Assembly: GCA_949358305.1 (NCBI GenBank)
Contig: OX442314.1
Coordinates: forward strand, 7,502,001 to 7,566,000
Origin: Strigamia acuminata
Taxonomy: Eukaryota
Length of the DNA stretch: 64,000 nucleotides
Reading direction: 5' to 3'
Shown here piece by piece: positions 48,972-61,600 of the stretch. Each line of letters starts with the position of its first letter. Positions within the stretch are counted from its first letter, which is position 1. The notes beneath the pieces are model-generated. The model was not told the DNA's origin and did not search any database. It worked only from the letters and a program-made list of their open reading frames with translations. Position numbers and translations under genes: made by a program.

Positions 48972-51466
48972 AGGACTTCACATCTAGCAAAATTTCATTG
49001 TTAGACTGCAAAGCGATTCTGTCTCGTGATCGTAGCGCCATCCGGCCGAAACGGCACAAAACGACGTTTTTCTGCGGCGCAAATGGCGGACAACTGACAT
49101 GACATTCTGTATTTGCATTTTAAGAAGACTTATATATTTTATTTTTAAGTTAAAAATAATGTCTGAAAATTATTTATTACGGAGTACATTTTTAGATATT
49201 ATTTATAAATCGAATGTTAATTAAAATTTAACTACGGTACGTTATAACGTCCGCCAAAAATGTAAATGCGGGATGTCAATGGCAGAGTTTACAAATGACG
49301 TCATAGTGACGTCACACTACTATGAAAACGAGGCTAAGGGGTATGTTTGTATATAGTTTGTATACAATTCTGGATGAATTGTATGAATTTCTTTAAATTA
49401 AATTAGAAAATAGACAAGAGGATAGCAGCAGTAGTTCCACCAGAAGAAATGAAACAAAAAAATATATTTTTAGACTTTAAAATAAAAGTTTTCAAAAAAA
49501 GGGAGAAGTTTGATTACATTTTTACTAACAACAATCGAAATTTCGAATAAAAAACGTCTCTCTCTTTGGCATTTTCGATGCAGTTCGGGTCGTTTTCCAC
49601 ATTTTCCGTCGCAAATTCCGTCAACAAAGCGGAGAAAGTGCTCTCCGACGTTCCGCATGACACGTCGCACCGACCAATGACCGGCGACGGCTGCAATTCC
49701 CGTTCGGGTCACTCAATTTGCCTCGGCTTTGCACGATCCATTCTGTCTCGCAACCGTTTCGCACGTTTGCGGCAATTCGAAAGAATCGTCGACGGCGGCG
49801 TAGTCGTCCTCGGCTCGTCCGCCATTTCTTCCTCAGTCGCCGTCACTTGTTTCTCAGAGCTCGGCGCCGCTTTTATCAGCTCTTAATTGAACTTGTCCAA
49901 ACTCCTCTCGATCTTCTTGCGACAGATCGGTTTTTTTCCGCTCATTTCCCTCACGTAGTCGCCGAGCGAAGTAACCACCATAACGCATTTTTAAAATAAG
50001 TAATTTTTGCATGTTGGGCAGTTGGCCAGATTATTTTGAAAAATTACCGCCCATCTGAGCGCGGCATCTGAGTGGACAAAAACGGACCCATCTGCAGACA
50101 AGGTGTCGCGGGTTTCTGACTGTAAACATCTTGTTGGACCCTCGGAGTTGCTGGCTGCAGAAATTCGTCGAGAATTGAAGGCGGTCCTAGTATTGACGGT
50201 GGAGTCTGATACGGATCTTGAATTCGTTGAGCTCCAAACGAATCTCCCATTACCGTCAACACCACGGCCGCCTTCAATTCTGCACAAAATCGTCAATTCG
50301 TATTTTTACAGACATTTGTCGGGCAAAACTGCGCGGAAATTACACGCGATTTACGTTCTGAACGTGTCGTGTCCGTTGAGCGACTACGACGTGTGTTTCG
50401 AGCCGAGTAAAATGCTCGTGAAGTTCGCCGACTGGGATGTGGTGACGCGGTGCATCGAGCTGGCGCTAGACGCAGTATGGAGCGAGCCGGAGGAACTGCA
50501 ACGAAACGAGTGGTCGCAGTCGAAAAGTGCGACGAAAAAGCCGAAAACTGGATCGAAATGCGCGAGCTGAGAAGCGCGCTGACGTCGGGGCCGGCGAAGC
50601 GAAAGAGGCCGAAGTGCGTGACGCCTCCGAATTGTGGGGAAATGGTGCCCGTACGTGTGCGTAAACTTAAACTTAAGGATCTGGCGGCGCACCTGGTGGT
50701 TACTTTGCTCGACGACTACGTGAGGGAAAAGAGCGGAAAAAAAACGATCTGTCGCAAGAAGATCGAGAGGAGTTTGGACAAGTTCAATTAAGAGCTGATA
50801 AAAGCGGCGCCGAGCTCTGAGAAACAAGTGGCGGCGACTGAAGAAGAAATGGCGGACGAGCCGAGGACGACTACGCCGCCGTCGACGATTCTTTCGAATT
50901 GCCGCAAAAGTGTGAAACGGTTGCGAGACAGAATGGATCGTGCAAAGCCGAGGCAAATCGAGTGACCCGAACGGGAATTGCAGCCGTCGCCGGTCATTGG
51001 TTGGTGCGACGTGTCATGCGGAACGTCGGAGAGCACTTTCTCCGCTTTGTTGACGGAATTTGCGACGGAAAATGTGGAAAACGACCCGAACTGCATCGAA
51101 AATGCCGAAGAGAGAGACGTTTTTTATTCAAAATTTCGATTGTTGTTAGTAAAAATGTAATCAAACTTCTCCCTTTTTTTGTTTCATTTCTTCTGGTGGA
51201 ACTACTGCTGCTATCCTCTTGTCTATTTTCTAATTTAATTTCAAGAAATTCATACAATTCATCCAGAACTGTATACAAACTGTATACAAACATACCCCTT
51301 AGCTTCGTTTTCATTCTAGTGTGACGTCACTATGACGTAATTGTAAACTCTGCCATTGTCCGCCATTTTCCCGCAAAAAATTTTAACAATGCAAGGACAG
51401 ACGGTTCCTTCTTCGCATTTCTACGGGACAACTTAGATTTTAAAAAAATGACGGATGTGAAGTCCT
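48972..51466. mobile_element. Foldback-like element: inverted arms 49277-49980 / 50694-51358 plus shorter outer matches
   Basis: About 0.7-kb reverse-complement arms; outer matches AGGACTTCACATC (48972) / GATGTGAAGTCCT (ending 51466) and AAATGGCGGACA; TSD not resolved. Confidence 0.75.
50275..50500 (+). pseudogene. MLH3: MLH3-like (MutL family, transducer domain) gene fragment
   Basis: LHKIVN...IYVLNVSCPLSDYDVCFEPSKMLVKFADWD resembles the MLH3 motif Y.IN..C...YDVC.EP.KT.IEF..WD (recognised from memory, not searched). Confidence 0.7.
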
Positions 51467-52466
51467 GTGGTTAATCGTCCTAGTTTAAACCAACAACCAA
51501 CCAAAGATGTGGCAAGGCAGCAAAGTCAACCGCACCTCTTGGATCAAGACGCATTACATGACCAGGATCATACGATGCCAATCAGGACCCAGACTCGACA
51601 CACAGCCAGACCGGTTCAGACGACATCGTACACAAACTCACGGACACCAAAAAACATGTATATCATTTTAGCCGTATTACCCCGCTTTTAGCTGCGTGCT
51701 GGTGTAGTGCGAGTTTTACCAGCATGCCAATAAACCTCGTTTTTACCGGCATGCTGGTGTAAGTGAGTGCGAATTTTTATCAATAAGAAAGGAGCCTACA
51801 CAAAAAAATCCAATAAGAAGCATTTTTCTGTGTCCAAAATGTAAGAAATTGGCCTAAATTTCTATAAATGGTCCCAGATTTTAGTAATAATCTTCAAATT
51901 GTTAAGAAAGTTCAAATTCCACGCCAAAATTCCAACATAGGCTGTTTTAAGTGAAAAAAAAAAAAAAAAAAAAAAAACCAGCTGTTTCACTGATATCGAC
52001 ATGTTTCGGGTATAGATTTTTTGGGCGAGATTTCAAAAACCTAATAAACCCATGCCCAACGGCGTGCAGCTAAAAACGGGATAACACGGCCAAATGTCGG
52101 CATTTGTTCATGTTTCGTTTATTATTTTATATTGTATTGACTGGGATATTCACACTCGTGAATATGCACCGTATAAACAAACTAACGCAATAATAACGTT
52201 GACGATGAATCAATAGGTACGTTCAATTTGCAAAAGGAAAGAAGAATCTTTCCGTTCGTTACTTTCGCCACCGGAAGTGACGTCAAAATCGTCATTATTT
52301 CCGAAAGGAAAGTGGCCAAAGTTACTTTAGCCAAAGGTAGCGTTTGGGTCACTTTTCCTCCTTTCACTTTTTACTTTCGCGATCGGCGCATGCGCAATAG
52401 TCGGCCACACCAACAATCAAGACGAATACGGGTAAAATGTTCGTTTTCATGTTAAAATGTTCGTTT

Positions 52467-53827
52467 TGTGGTGACCCTGAAGTGTTTTTTATTTATATTT
52501 GAAATAAATTTGTCACCACTAAAGAAATTGTATCTTTTTATTTTATTTTGGTTTGGCACACGCCAAACCAAATTACATAATTAGAAGGAGAACTGCCCTA
52601 GCATATTCTCACCCCTATTTGGGGGAAAATCCGAAGTGTGCCAGGCCTGCAGGTGCAGGATTGCCACAATTAAATAATTATTTATTTAATTGTTTAATAT
52701 GGCACACGCCAAAAGTGTGACTTGGGAGCGGAAATCCCCCAGGCACACTTTATCCTCTTTGAGCCAGAGCATTACATCAGAGTGGTGATGGTGATGTAAT
52801 ACATCCTGTATTGCATCAAAATCAGCACTCTACGCATATTTTGTGCGCAGGATTAGAGAGTGCATAAAACCCCAAATTTTGGCGGTTTGACTCACTCTTG
52901 ACACATACACACCAACAACAACAACACAAATAATCATCGCTACGAACTTCAAACAAAAGGATTCTAGTGCTGACCGTGTTACACGTTTTGGTGAGTTGAG
53001 ATTCTGCTGTTTCCACCGTTCTATCGGTGGAACCAGCCACATTTGCGCACTGACTACAAATCTCGGGTAACGCCCGAGAAAACCCGCTCACCGTCGGCCA
53101 TCGCCGAGTCCCGTTGATTTCATCCGAGACTCGCCATCGCCGATCGAGCAAGCCACTGCTCGTGCACCATTGTGAGAAGACTGTAAACCACCGCGAGCTT
53201 CCTCTGGAGTTTACAGTTGATCGCCATCGAACGAGTAGAGGAAATTTGTACCGCTCGTTGTTAATTATTGTGTGCCCCGTGACTTGTTCCGGGCGCGCCG
53301 TCGTTGACACCGGCAAAACTCTCGTCGCGAACCATCTCCAATATCTGTGAACCACCGCGAGCTTCCTCCGGAGTTCACAGATAGAAAGCTATCGTACGTA
53401 CGAGAATAATATTTCTCAGGCAAGTCCAACTCGCCATTTTTCCAGCGCAACAAACAGCCGTTTGTTGCGCGCCAAATACTCGCGCTCAACGATTAACCGT
53501 CGTTGTTAGCGCCTTTCCTTTGTTTCGAGTGAGTCTCATCGCTCACTCGTCTTATTTCCTCTCTTTCTCACTCAATAACCTTAATTTCTAGTTATTAATC
53601 CAGTATTAGATTCACTTATTATATTTCACCAATCTTTATTGTAAAATACTGAATAAAGTTGTTTTGTATTATTTTTATTCAAACCAAAAACGAGTTATTA
53701 TTTCATAAAAATACCCCTAGACATTATTTTTCAGGCATCAGAGTTTAAGGCCTATAAACGGCATCTCAATTGCGACTTATTCACGGACAAGGTAAGTATT
53801 TTCGTGAATAAAATCCCGGATTGCAAC
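52467..53827 (+). mobile_element. Probable LTR-like insertion
   Basis: Starts TGTGGTGACCC (same start at about 42570 and, inverted, ending 57600); CGTTT on both flanks; 3' end degenerate. Confidence 0.4.
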
Positions 53828-53988
53828 CGTTTTAACGGTAAAACAGCAGTTTTAGGATTAAAAATTTCGATTTTATGACTAAAATGTTCGTTTTCACGTT
53901 AAAAATATTTGTTTTAATGGTAAAACACCAGTTCGAATAGTGAAAACATTTTTTTTTGATCATTTCTAACTATTTTTTTTAATTATAG

Positions 53989-55585
53989 TGTGACGATGAC
54001 TACCCGGGATAGGAATTATTGCTAAAAAGTACAAGTGAAACTGCAGAGTGTAGTAAAGTGCAAAGAATGAGGCGTTTATGTTTTCTCAAGAACATAGAAC
54101 ATTTATTCAAGTCAAATAAGTTATATAATAACTATGGCCGACAAATGGCCAGTAAAACACGAGTGTAACTAGCTATACAAACGAGTGGTTTAAAAGCCCT
54201 AAAATAACGTTAACAGTTGTGTTCAGCCTTGAAAATAAGAGTGTGTAAAGTTCTTATTTCGGGCGTAAAAGGTGTCGTCTGCAATCGGACTGATTGTCGT
54301 CTGCTTCGGTTGGTTCTGTGTAACTAAATTATCCGAGGAATGCGGTTGTCTTTGCTGCATCGTCACAACTTTGGGTGACCATTGGTTTAAATATCTATTC
54401 GTAGATATTTACCAATTGGTCTATTTATGATTATCAAAATAACCATAAATATGAGTTACTCAAAGTTAGACTTCGAATGAATAAATTGCACACGGATAAA
54501 TTGGTTTCCAACTTATCACGTACAGCAATTTGACTTCTGGATCCGTGGAAATATTAACCGGTAACTTATCGAAATAAGTTACAAGAATATTCGACCTTGG
54601 CTAAAAAACTCCTCAAGTGACTTCGCAAACCATGATGGAGTTACAAATAACTCCAATCATGCAAAGTTATGAATTGAATTATTAAATTACAAATAATCTA
54701 ATAATCAATCATAACTAAAAACCTGTATAAATAAAACGATTATGAAAAGACCCTGTCGATTCTGTTGCACCAAAGTGCAACCAGCCCAGAATTGAATCAA
54801 TGGCGCTCACGTCAATCCAACACTAGATTTGACTCTAATGTCTCGGCGGAAAAAGGAATTGAGCACGGCATAAAATGCACGTGCCCCTACAACGGAATGT
54901 TGGCATGTAGTCAGGTAAAGGGTTGAGCACGGAATTTAATGCACGTGCCCCTACAACGGAATGTTGGCATGTAGAAGGGAAAAGGAATGAGCACGGAATT
55001 TAATGCACGTACTCCCACAACGGAATGTTGGCATGAAGCGAAGCGAAGCGAAGCGTAGAATATGGGCTCAAGTAAGTATCAAACAGAAAACAAAAACAAG
55101 AGCGAGCTATTTCCGGTTTACGCTGGAATATATGCTCAGTAGAAACAATGAGTTGACCATTGCTCCAATAGGAACACTGGTCACTCAAAACTGTCCAATC
55201 CTAGTAAATAGGAAGTGGATACAGGAGACACAGTCTTCTACTAGGTCTGTCCCAGGAAGTGGATACAGAGGACACATTTGCAATTAAGGCTATTGTTTTA
55301 CTCTGCAAAAGTAGCTCAAACACCTGTGGGTGGCGAGGGGTGACTTAATCCTTTGACCAGGTGTTGTTATAATTTGTGTAAATTTTAGCACAACTGGAGA
55401 AATAAACACACAAATATATCATACTAATATGATATAATGTGAAAGGTAAAGTGGATTTATATAAAACCTTTAATTTTATATAAATATCACATAAATATTA
55501 GATGCATTCAAATTTCCCACTAAAATGGGAAATAGCGCCATCTAGTGGTGAACTTGGAAGTAAATATGACGTCATGACCGTCACA
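53989..55585 (-). mobile_element. Gypsy-type solo LTR (about 1.6 kb)
   Basis: TGTGACG...CGTCACA termini, 4-bp TSD ATAG, shared LTR motif blocks in reverse orientation. Confidence 0.88.
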
Positions 55586-56309
55586 ATAGGCTAAAATGAC
55601 TGCTCAATCAAACAGAAAAAACGGGCATTTGTTTGTACTAAAATCCGGATTTGCACATGCGCAAACGAAAGGAAAGTACCAATAATAAGTGCGTTCGTTC
55701 TAAAGTAACTTTTCTTCCTTTGGCGAAAGTAACGAAAGGAAAGATTTTTCTTTCCTTTCGCAAATTGAACGCACCTAATATGTTTTTTAAAACTGGGTTT
55801 GCTTGATAAACAACTGAAAGACATAAAAATGATGTAATGTATAGTACTCACAAAAGTGGAAAAAAAACAGTTTCTTTACACGAAAGCTCAAACGTTGCAA
55901 ACAAATAGAAGAGACTTCTCGTCTGTTATAAATACTAGTAATGATTTAGTTACATAGCGTGCCAGAGAAAATCGATTCTAAAACAAATTATCAAAATGGA
56001 GTATAATCATGTTCACTTATAATGATCTAACTTATGACAGTTCAAGACAACCTCAAATTCAATCAGGCTAAGTACTACTTAGCCTGATTGAATTTGAGGT
56101 TCAGTAGACTTTACTACAGCAACCAAACAAAGAACAGTCGATTCTTGCAAATAAATATGTTATAAATAATGATTTAGTAGTTACATAGAGTGCCAGAGAA
56201 AATTGATTGTAAAACTAATTATCAAAATGGAAAATAATCATGTTAATTTTAATGATATACGATAGTAAAAGACAACCTCAAATTCAATCAGGGTAAGTAG
56301 ACTTCACTA

Positions 56310-57412
56310 TGTGACGGTTATACTGTCATACACTTTGCTAGTTAAGGACGTTTATTCTGCCTATAGATGGCGCTAGTGTGTTTTAGCGGCAATTTCGAAT
56401 TTCAATCATTTTGAGTAGTTAAAATATAAATTATTATTTATATTTTAGTCTGCTTTCAGTTTAAATATTAAATATTTAAATATTTAAATATTTAAATATT
56501 TAAATATTTAAATATATTAAATATGTTAGATATATTTAAATATTGTTTTGATCAGTTTACTACATAATTCTATTGAATTATGTATAAACTTCACACCTGG
56601 TGTAGCCACCCCTCACCACCCACCGTGAGTTGGACTTATTCCGATTATAGTCAAAGACTTAATCCAAAATGTGTCCTGCCTGTGTATCCAGTTCCTAGGG
56701 AGGACCTAGTAGAAGACTATGTCCTAGGTATCCACTTCCTACAATCTAGGATTGGATAGATTTAGGTGCCCAGTGATCCCATTGGATCACTGGACAGCCC
56801 ATTCTTCTCATCGAGTATATATTCCAGTGTAAGCCGGATATAGCTCGCTCTTGTTTGTTTTCTGTTTCCTGAGACTACTTGAGCCGATTTGGTGGACTTA
56901 GGACCGCTTGGGTGAATTTAGTTCACTTTGTTGCACTTAGGGGCAATTGATAGCTATAGGCTATTGAAAGTAACATTTATCAATTTAACATTTATTCACA
57001 GAATTTCCGATTTGGCAGTTAAGTTAGTTATACTTATAAGCTCTTGCTCTTGTCTTGTTTTCTGTTTTGTCACTACTTACTTCAGCACTCATATACAATT
57101 CGCTTCATACCAACAGTCCGTTGTAAAAATAGTAAGATTTCTTGTTATTTAGTGTAAGAATCTAGAGTGAGCTGAAAACCCACAGACGCACTCCCACCTC
57201 TTCATGCCAACATTCTGTTGTAGAAATAGTAAGTTTACTTGCATTTAAGTGTAGTATCTAGAGTGGGGTACAACCCACAGACGCACTCCCTCCCGCTTCA
57301 TGCCAACATCCCGTTGTAGAATGTAGAATCTAGAGTGGAGTAATTCACAGACGCATTATTGGAGTAGCCGAGCGGAGTTATTTCTCTGTTACTCTCACGC
57401 CAGTCAGAACCG
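56310..57412 (+). mobile_element. Truncated gypsy-type LTR, same family as 46967-48524
   Basis: TGTGACGGTTA(C/T)ACTGTCATACAC start and colinear similarity; contains an (AAATATTT)n expansion. Confidence 0.8.
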
Positions 57413-58270
57413 TGTTATAGGTCAGTGTGAGGGGCCAGGCACAGCCAATGGGGGCTCGCCACTGGCCACCTCACTCCCCTCGGGGCAGGCGCTTCCCAGG
57501 GGGGGAAGGCGGAGCCTACGCAAGGAAAACAACTCATCATACATGGTGACTCAGAAGGATGGTATCCGCTGGAGAAATAATCTCCAACTGGGTCACCACA
57601 ACATTTCGCTGCCAGCCTTTGACCCTCAGATGTTCGATTCGTATTTGAAATTCGACTCGAGTTTAAACCTTGTATTAGCATGGTGCTAAATATAAATAAA
57701 TACCTCGTCCCTTGTACAGTTATCGCCCAAAATTGCACGACTTTTAGTTTTAAAACACTACAGTACACACAACGGTATCGTGCAGGGTGGAATCTGGTGG
57801 CGGATTTTGATATTTATATATAGATCGCGAAAAGCAAAATATACATTTTTTAAATGTTTGATTTCGAGTTTTTGATAGATTTGGTTAAAGTTAAAAAATC
57901 ATTTAGTGTTTAAATTTTTTAATTTTTTTCTCCAAAACTTGATTTAATTCTATTTATCATCGTGAGTTGGCGCTTATCAAACTGCGAAAACCAATCAATT
58001 GCACCTGCGTAGATTGGATTTTATTTGAAATTAGAAATTATATAGCACGTGTGGTGAAATATTCATGATTAGATTTTTATATAAAATAGTAAATGAAATG
58101 TCTGCATTTAGATTACATTTATTCAAGAAACCGCAACTTTTTTAGTTTTTACTTTTAAATTGGATTTTATTAGAAATTAGAAATTATACACCACATGTGG
58201 TGAATTATTGATGGATAGATTTTACAGTAATATAGAATAGTAAATTTAAAACTTCTTGAAGAGAATAGTA

Positions 58271-58628
58271 CCGTATAACCTCGGGTATAAGCCGACCCGT
58301 GTATAAGCCGACCCCCCCATTCTGAGGCACCATTTTGCTAATAAATGGTGTATGCGAGTATAAGCCGAGTACGTCAAAATGTTGTAAAATTTAGTCAAAA
58401 ATTGATGAAATTGACTACAATTTAGTCGAAAATTGATAAAGTTGACTACAATTTAGTCCAAAATTGTTGAAATTCACTGATTGTTGGACGGTTGGTCTTA
58501 TACACAATACAAAATATTACCAACGTAGCACTTAAGTTACATTTTTTTTGGTGCATATAAGCTGACCCCGCCAATTAGCGGCAAGGTTTTTGCAATAAAT
58601 TGCTCGGCTTATACCCGAGGTTATACGG
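58271..58628. mobile_element. Tc1/mariner (pogo-like) MITE
   Basis: TA|CCGTATAACCTCGGGTATAAGCCGA...TCGGCTTATACCCGAGGTTATACGG|TA. Confidence 0.88.
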
Positions 58629-58659
58629 TAAATGAAATTTTTGCTTTTAGATTACAGTT

Positions 58660-61600
58660 TGTGACGATGACCTTTCGATGACGCTATCCGCTCAAAATGT
58701 GTATTTTGGCATAACAAGCAAGTCTATCAATTCTAGTAGTTGAGAGATAAGTTAACAAACCTAAAGTGTGAACTGGGTAAAATAATGACACATGCGGTTA
58801 TCAAGACATAACATATTTATTGATATATAAATATAATCACCGTAAAGTGATTATATTAATCAATTTGCATAAACTATAGTTACACAATAACTATGCCGAC
58901 AAATGGCCAAAGGAATTCTCGATTAAACTATACATATAGTTGCCTGTGCGGCGCTATAATAATATCAATCGGCTTCGTCCTGGTAAGATGTCGTCTGAAT
59001 CGGTCGATTATTTGGTCCTGGTTCGAATCTGTAATGAAAGGGTTAGTATCCGAGGACTTCCGGTTGACTGTATCTGCATCGCCACAAACTTGGGGCGGTT
59101 ATTGGTTTAAATGGCTTGTGAGAGCCATTTACCAATTGACCTCTTATAAATGTTTTAAGACATATATAATTGGTGTGATACGTCAAATGGTTCTTCATAC
59201 GAGAGTAAACTGTTGTAAGTTTACAATCATAACTTCTGGTTCCGTGTAATGGATGTATTTATTAGAGTATTACTTTTCAGTAAATACTCGTAATAATTCT
59301 GCTTACGTAAAGTTGGCAATTTAGCTACACATTTACTGGCAAGTAGATGCTAATGTAGCTAGTCTTCAGTTTTGTACAGTTCTGGAAGAAGTATCCGTGT
59401 TTATGCACAATGTTGAGTTGTGACATAAACTAGCTGGGGATTTAATCTAACTAAACTTTTCCGAGTTTAGTTATTTCAACCCTAATGTTACATTTTCGAC
59501 ACGCTGTTCGGCAGCCGTGGTTTACTGTAACTGGCAGGCCTTGTGGAACACTTGTTGAATTATATCCGGCCCGACGGGATTCTTACTACTCATCGCCGCG
59601 ACCTGATCTCCTCACGGCCACACAGCCGTCATCGGGCACCCGGACATGGAGGCATCATATCACCCATCTCCACGTCAAGTGTACGCCGTATGTAGGTTGT
59701 CATAGGCCCGCAGTATAAGGGGCATTGACTGCGCAATCAACAGACAAGCAAGTGTCTGCGCAATCAACATGACAACCGGAGTAGTAGAAAGGGCTCAAGA
59801 AAACATATAGTCAAATATCTGGTCAAGAGCGAGCTACTTCCTGTTGCGAGGAAGTATATACTCGGGGAAAACAATAGCTTGGCCACTGCTCCAATGAGAG
59901 CAATGGTCCTGCAAATCCCCCCAATCACTGGTCACCGTGATGGGATACTCAGAGCACATTTCCAGTCCAGGTGGTCAACAGGAACTGGATACTCAGGCCA
60001 TAGCTCTCTGCTAGGTCGGGACAGGAACTGGATAGCGAGGAACACTTTTGGATTAAGTCTTTCAACTTGATCCGCGGGGGTCCACGCTTGGAGCAGGTGT
60101 GAGGGGGAGATTTAATCCCCTAAACCTAGTTTTTGAGGTAACTTTGCAGAGTTACCACAAAACAACATAATATCTGTATTTATTTCCATAAATATAAGAT
60201 AAAGTCGACTCTCTGCCTTAAAATCACATAAAAGTTATATTTTATGTGACTTTACATCAAGTGACAAATTCTATTCGAATTTGCCGCTTATGGACGTCAG
60301 CGCCATCTATCGGTGGGATTTGGCATGATATCGCGTAAACAATACCGTGTTCGTCATACATCCCCCTTATCAAGGGGCATATCTTAAAATATTCCCTCTT
60401 GATTCGTCTTCACTGCGATACATGACAAATCTTCTTCAGTTAGAGTCAACTAACGCATGTACCAACTAATGAAATTTATATTTTTATGTATATAATTTTA
60501 ATAGTTCATCTCGTATATTATATATCTTCGTACGAAAATATATAATAGTTCATCGGGACTTATTCATCACGTTAAACTCCGAAATAGTCTTTAATAATCA
60601 CCAAATTATTAAATGTTCAAACGAAAGTTTTTTTCTTTTTATTCTTTCAAAACTTGTTAATTTCTTGAAAAATAAACACACATAAATTATCGTTAAATAA
60701 TATATTGTTATCTGGATCTATTACAAGTTCCAATAAAATTTTCGGGTTACAAAGATTAAATTTACATTTGTTAAAATGAAAAACTCAAATATCACAGTTA
60801 AATTATTTTGTTCAACTTAAATTGAAAAAATAAACTCTCCAAATTATTCGCCCCTCTGGGCTGTAGAAAACAACACGAAAAAAAGTTTCATTACAAAAAT
60901 TAGTTCGGTTTAAAAATGTGTCGACTCTTTAGTTGCACATTTCGGTGAAGAAACATAAAAGTTTTTTAACAATTAGTTCGTTTAGCAGGAATGAACACAA
61001 CACGACCTCGGATAAATAATTGTTTTGATCGCCTGAACAGGCTAAAAACTCAACTTGACGAATATCGTCCGACACGACGCGATGCGTGGACGTAACGTTT
61101 CTGGCTAAATGATGGGGCTTTTGCGGCCATCTGCTTCTCCATCATTCTTCTTGTTCGGCTCAGGGTCGGTACTCTCGTCAATGATAAGTTTGGTCGAGTC
61201 CTCCGACGAACTTCTCGGCAGCGGAGTCTCCACACTCGGGGAAATCCCTCTCGACGTACTTGGTCGACCAACTCTGGCGGCGAATCCGTCGGGTAACGGG
61301 CGCAAGCTAGCAATTGGTGGGTCCCTGGCTTGTCGTTCCTGGTTGTACACCTCTTCAGCTGTCGGTAGCTCGACACTCCAATCTGCGCGGATATGGATGG
61401 CGGCGGGAAGTTGGCTCACACGTTCGAGCAAGCGCGCCCATATGTGTTCCAACACAGGAAAAGGCTCAGTGCGCAGTGGATTCATTATCCATCTCATAAC
61501 GAGAATGGGCAACTGGTAATAAACGTTGCGCTTCTGGTTTAATCGTCGAGAAATGTCCAAGGCGGCTTCCCTGATGATGGGAGTGTAGTGGTCAATCTCG

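Larger units (their letters stand above)
52215..55776. mobile_element. PIF/Harbinger-like element with nested LTRs
   Basis: TIR AGGT(A/G)CGTTCAATTTGC; 3-bp TSD AAT; empty site AATCAATATG at about 11757-11766. Confidence 0.78.

Noticed and set aside
56462..56525. (AAATATTT)n palindromic tract
   Set aside because: Local slippage expansion within an LTR; absent from the sister LTR at about 47130
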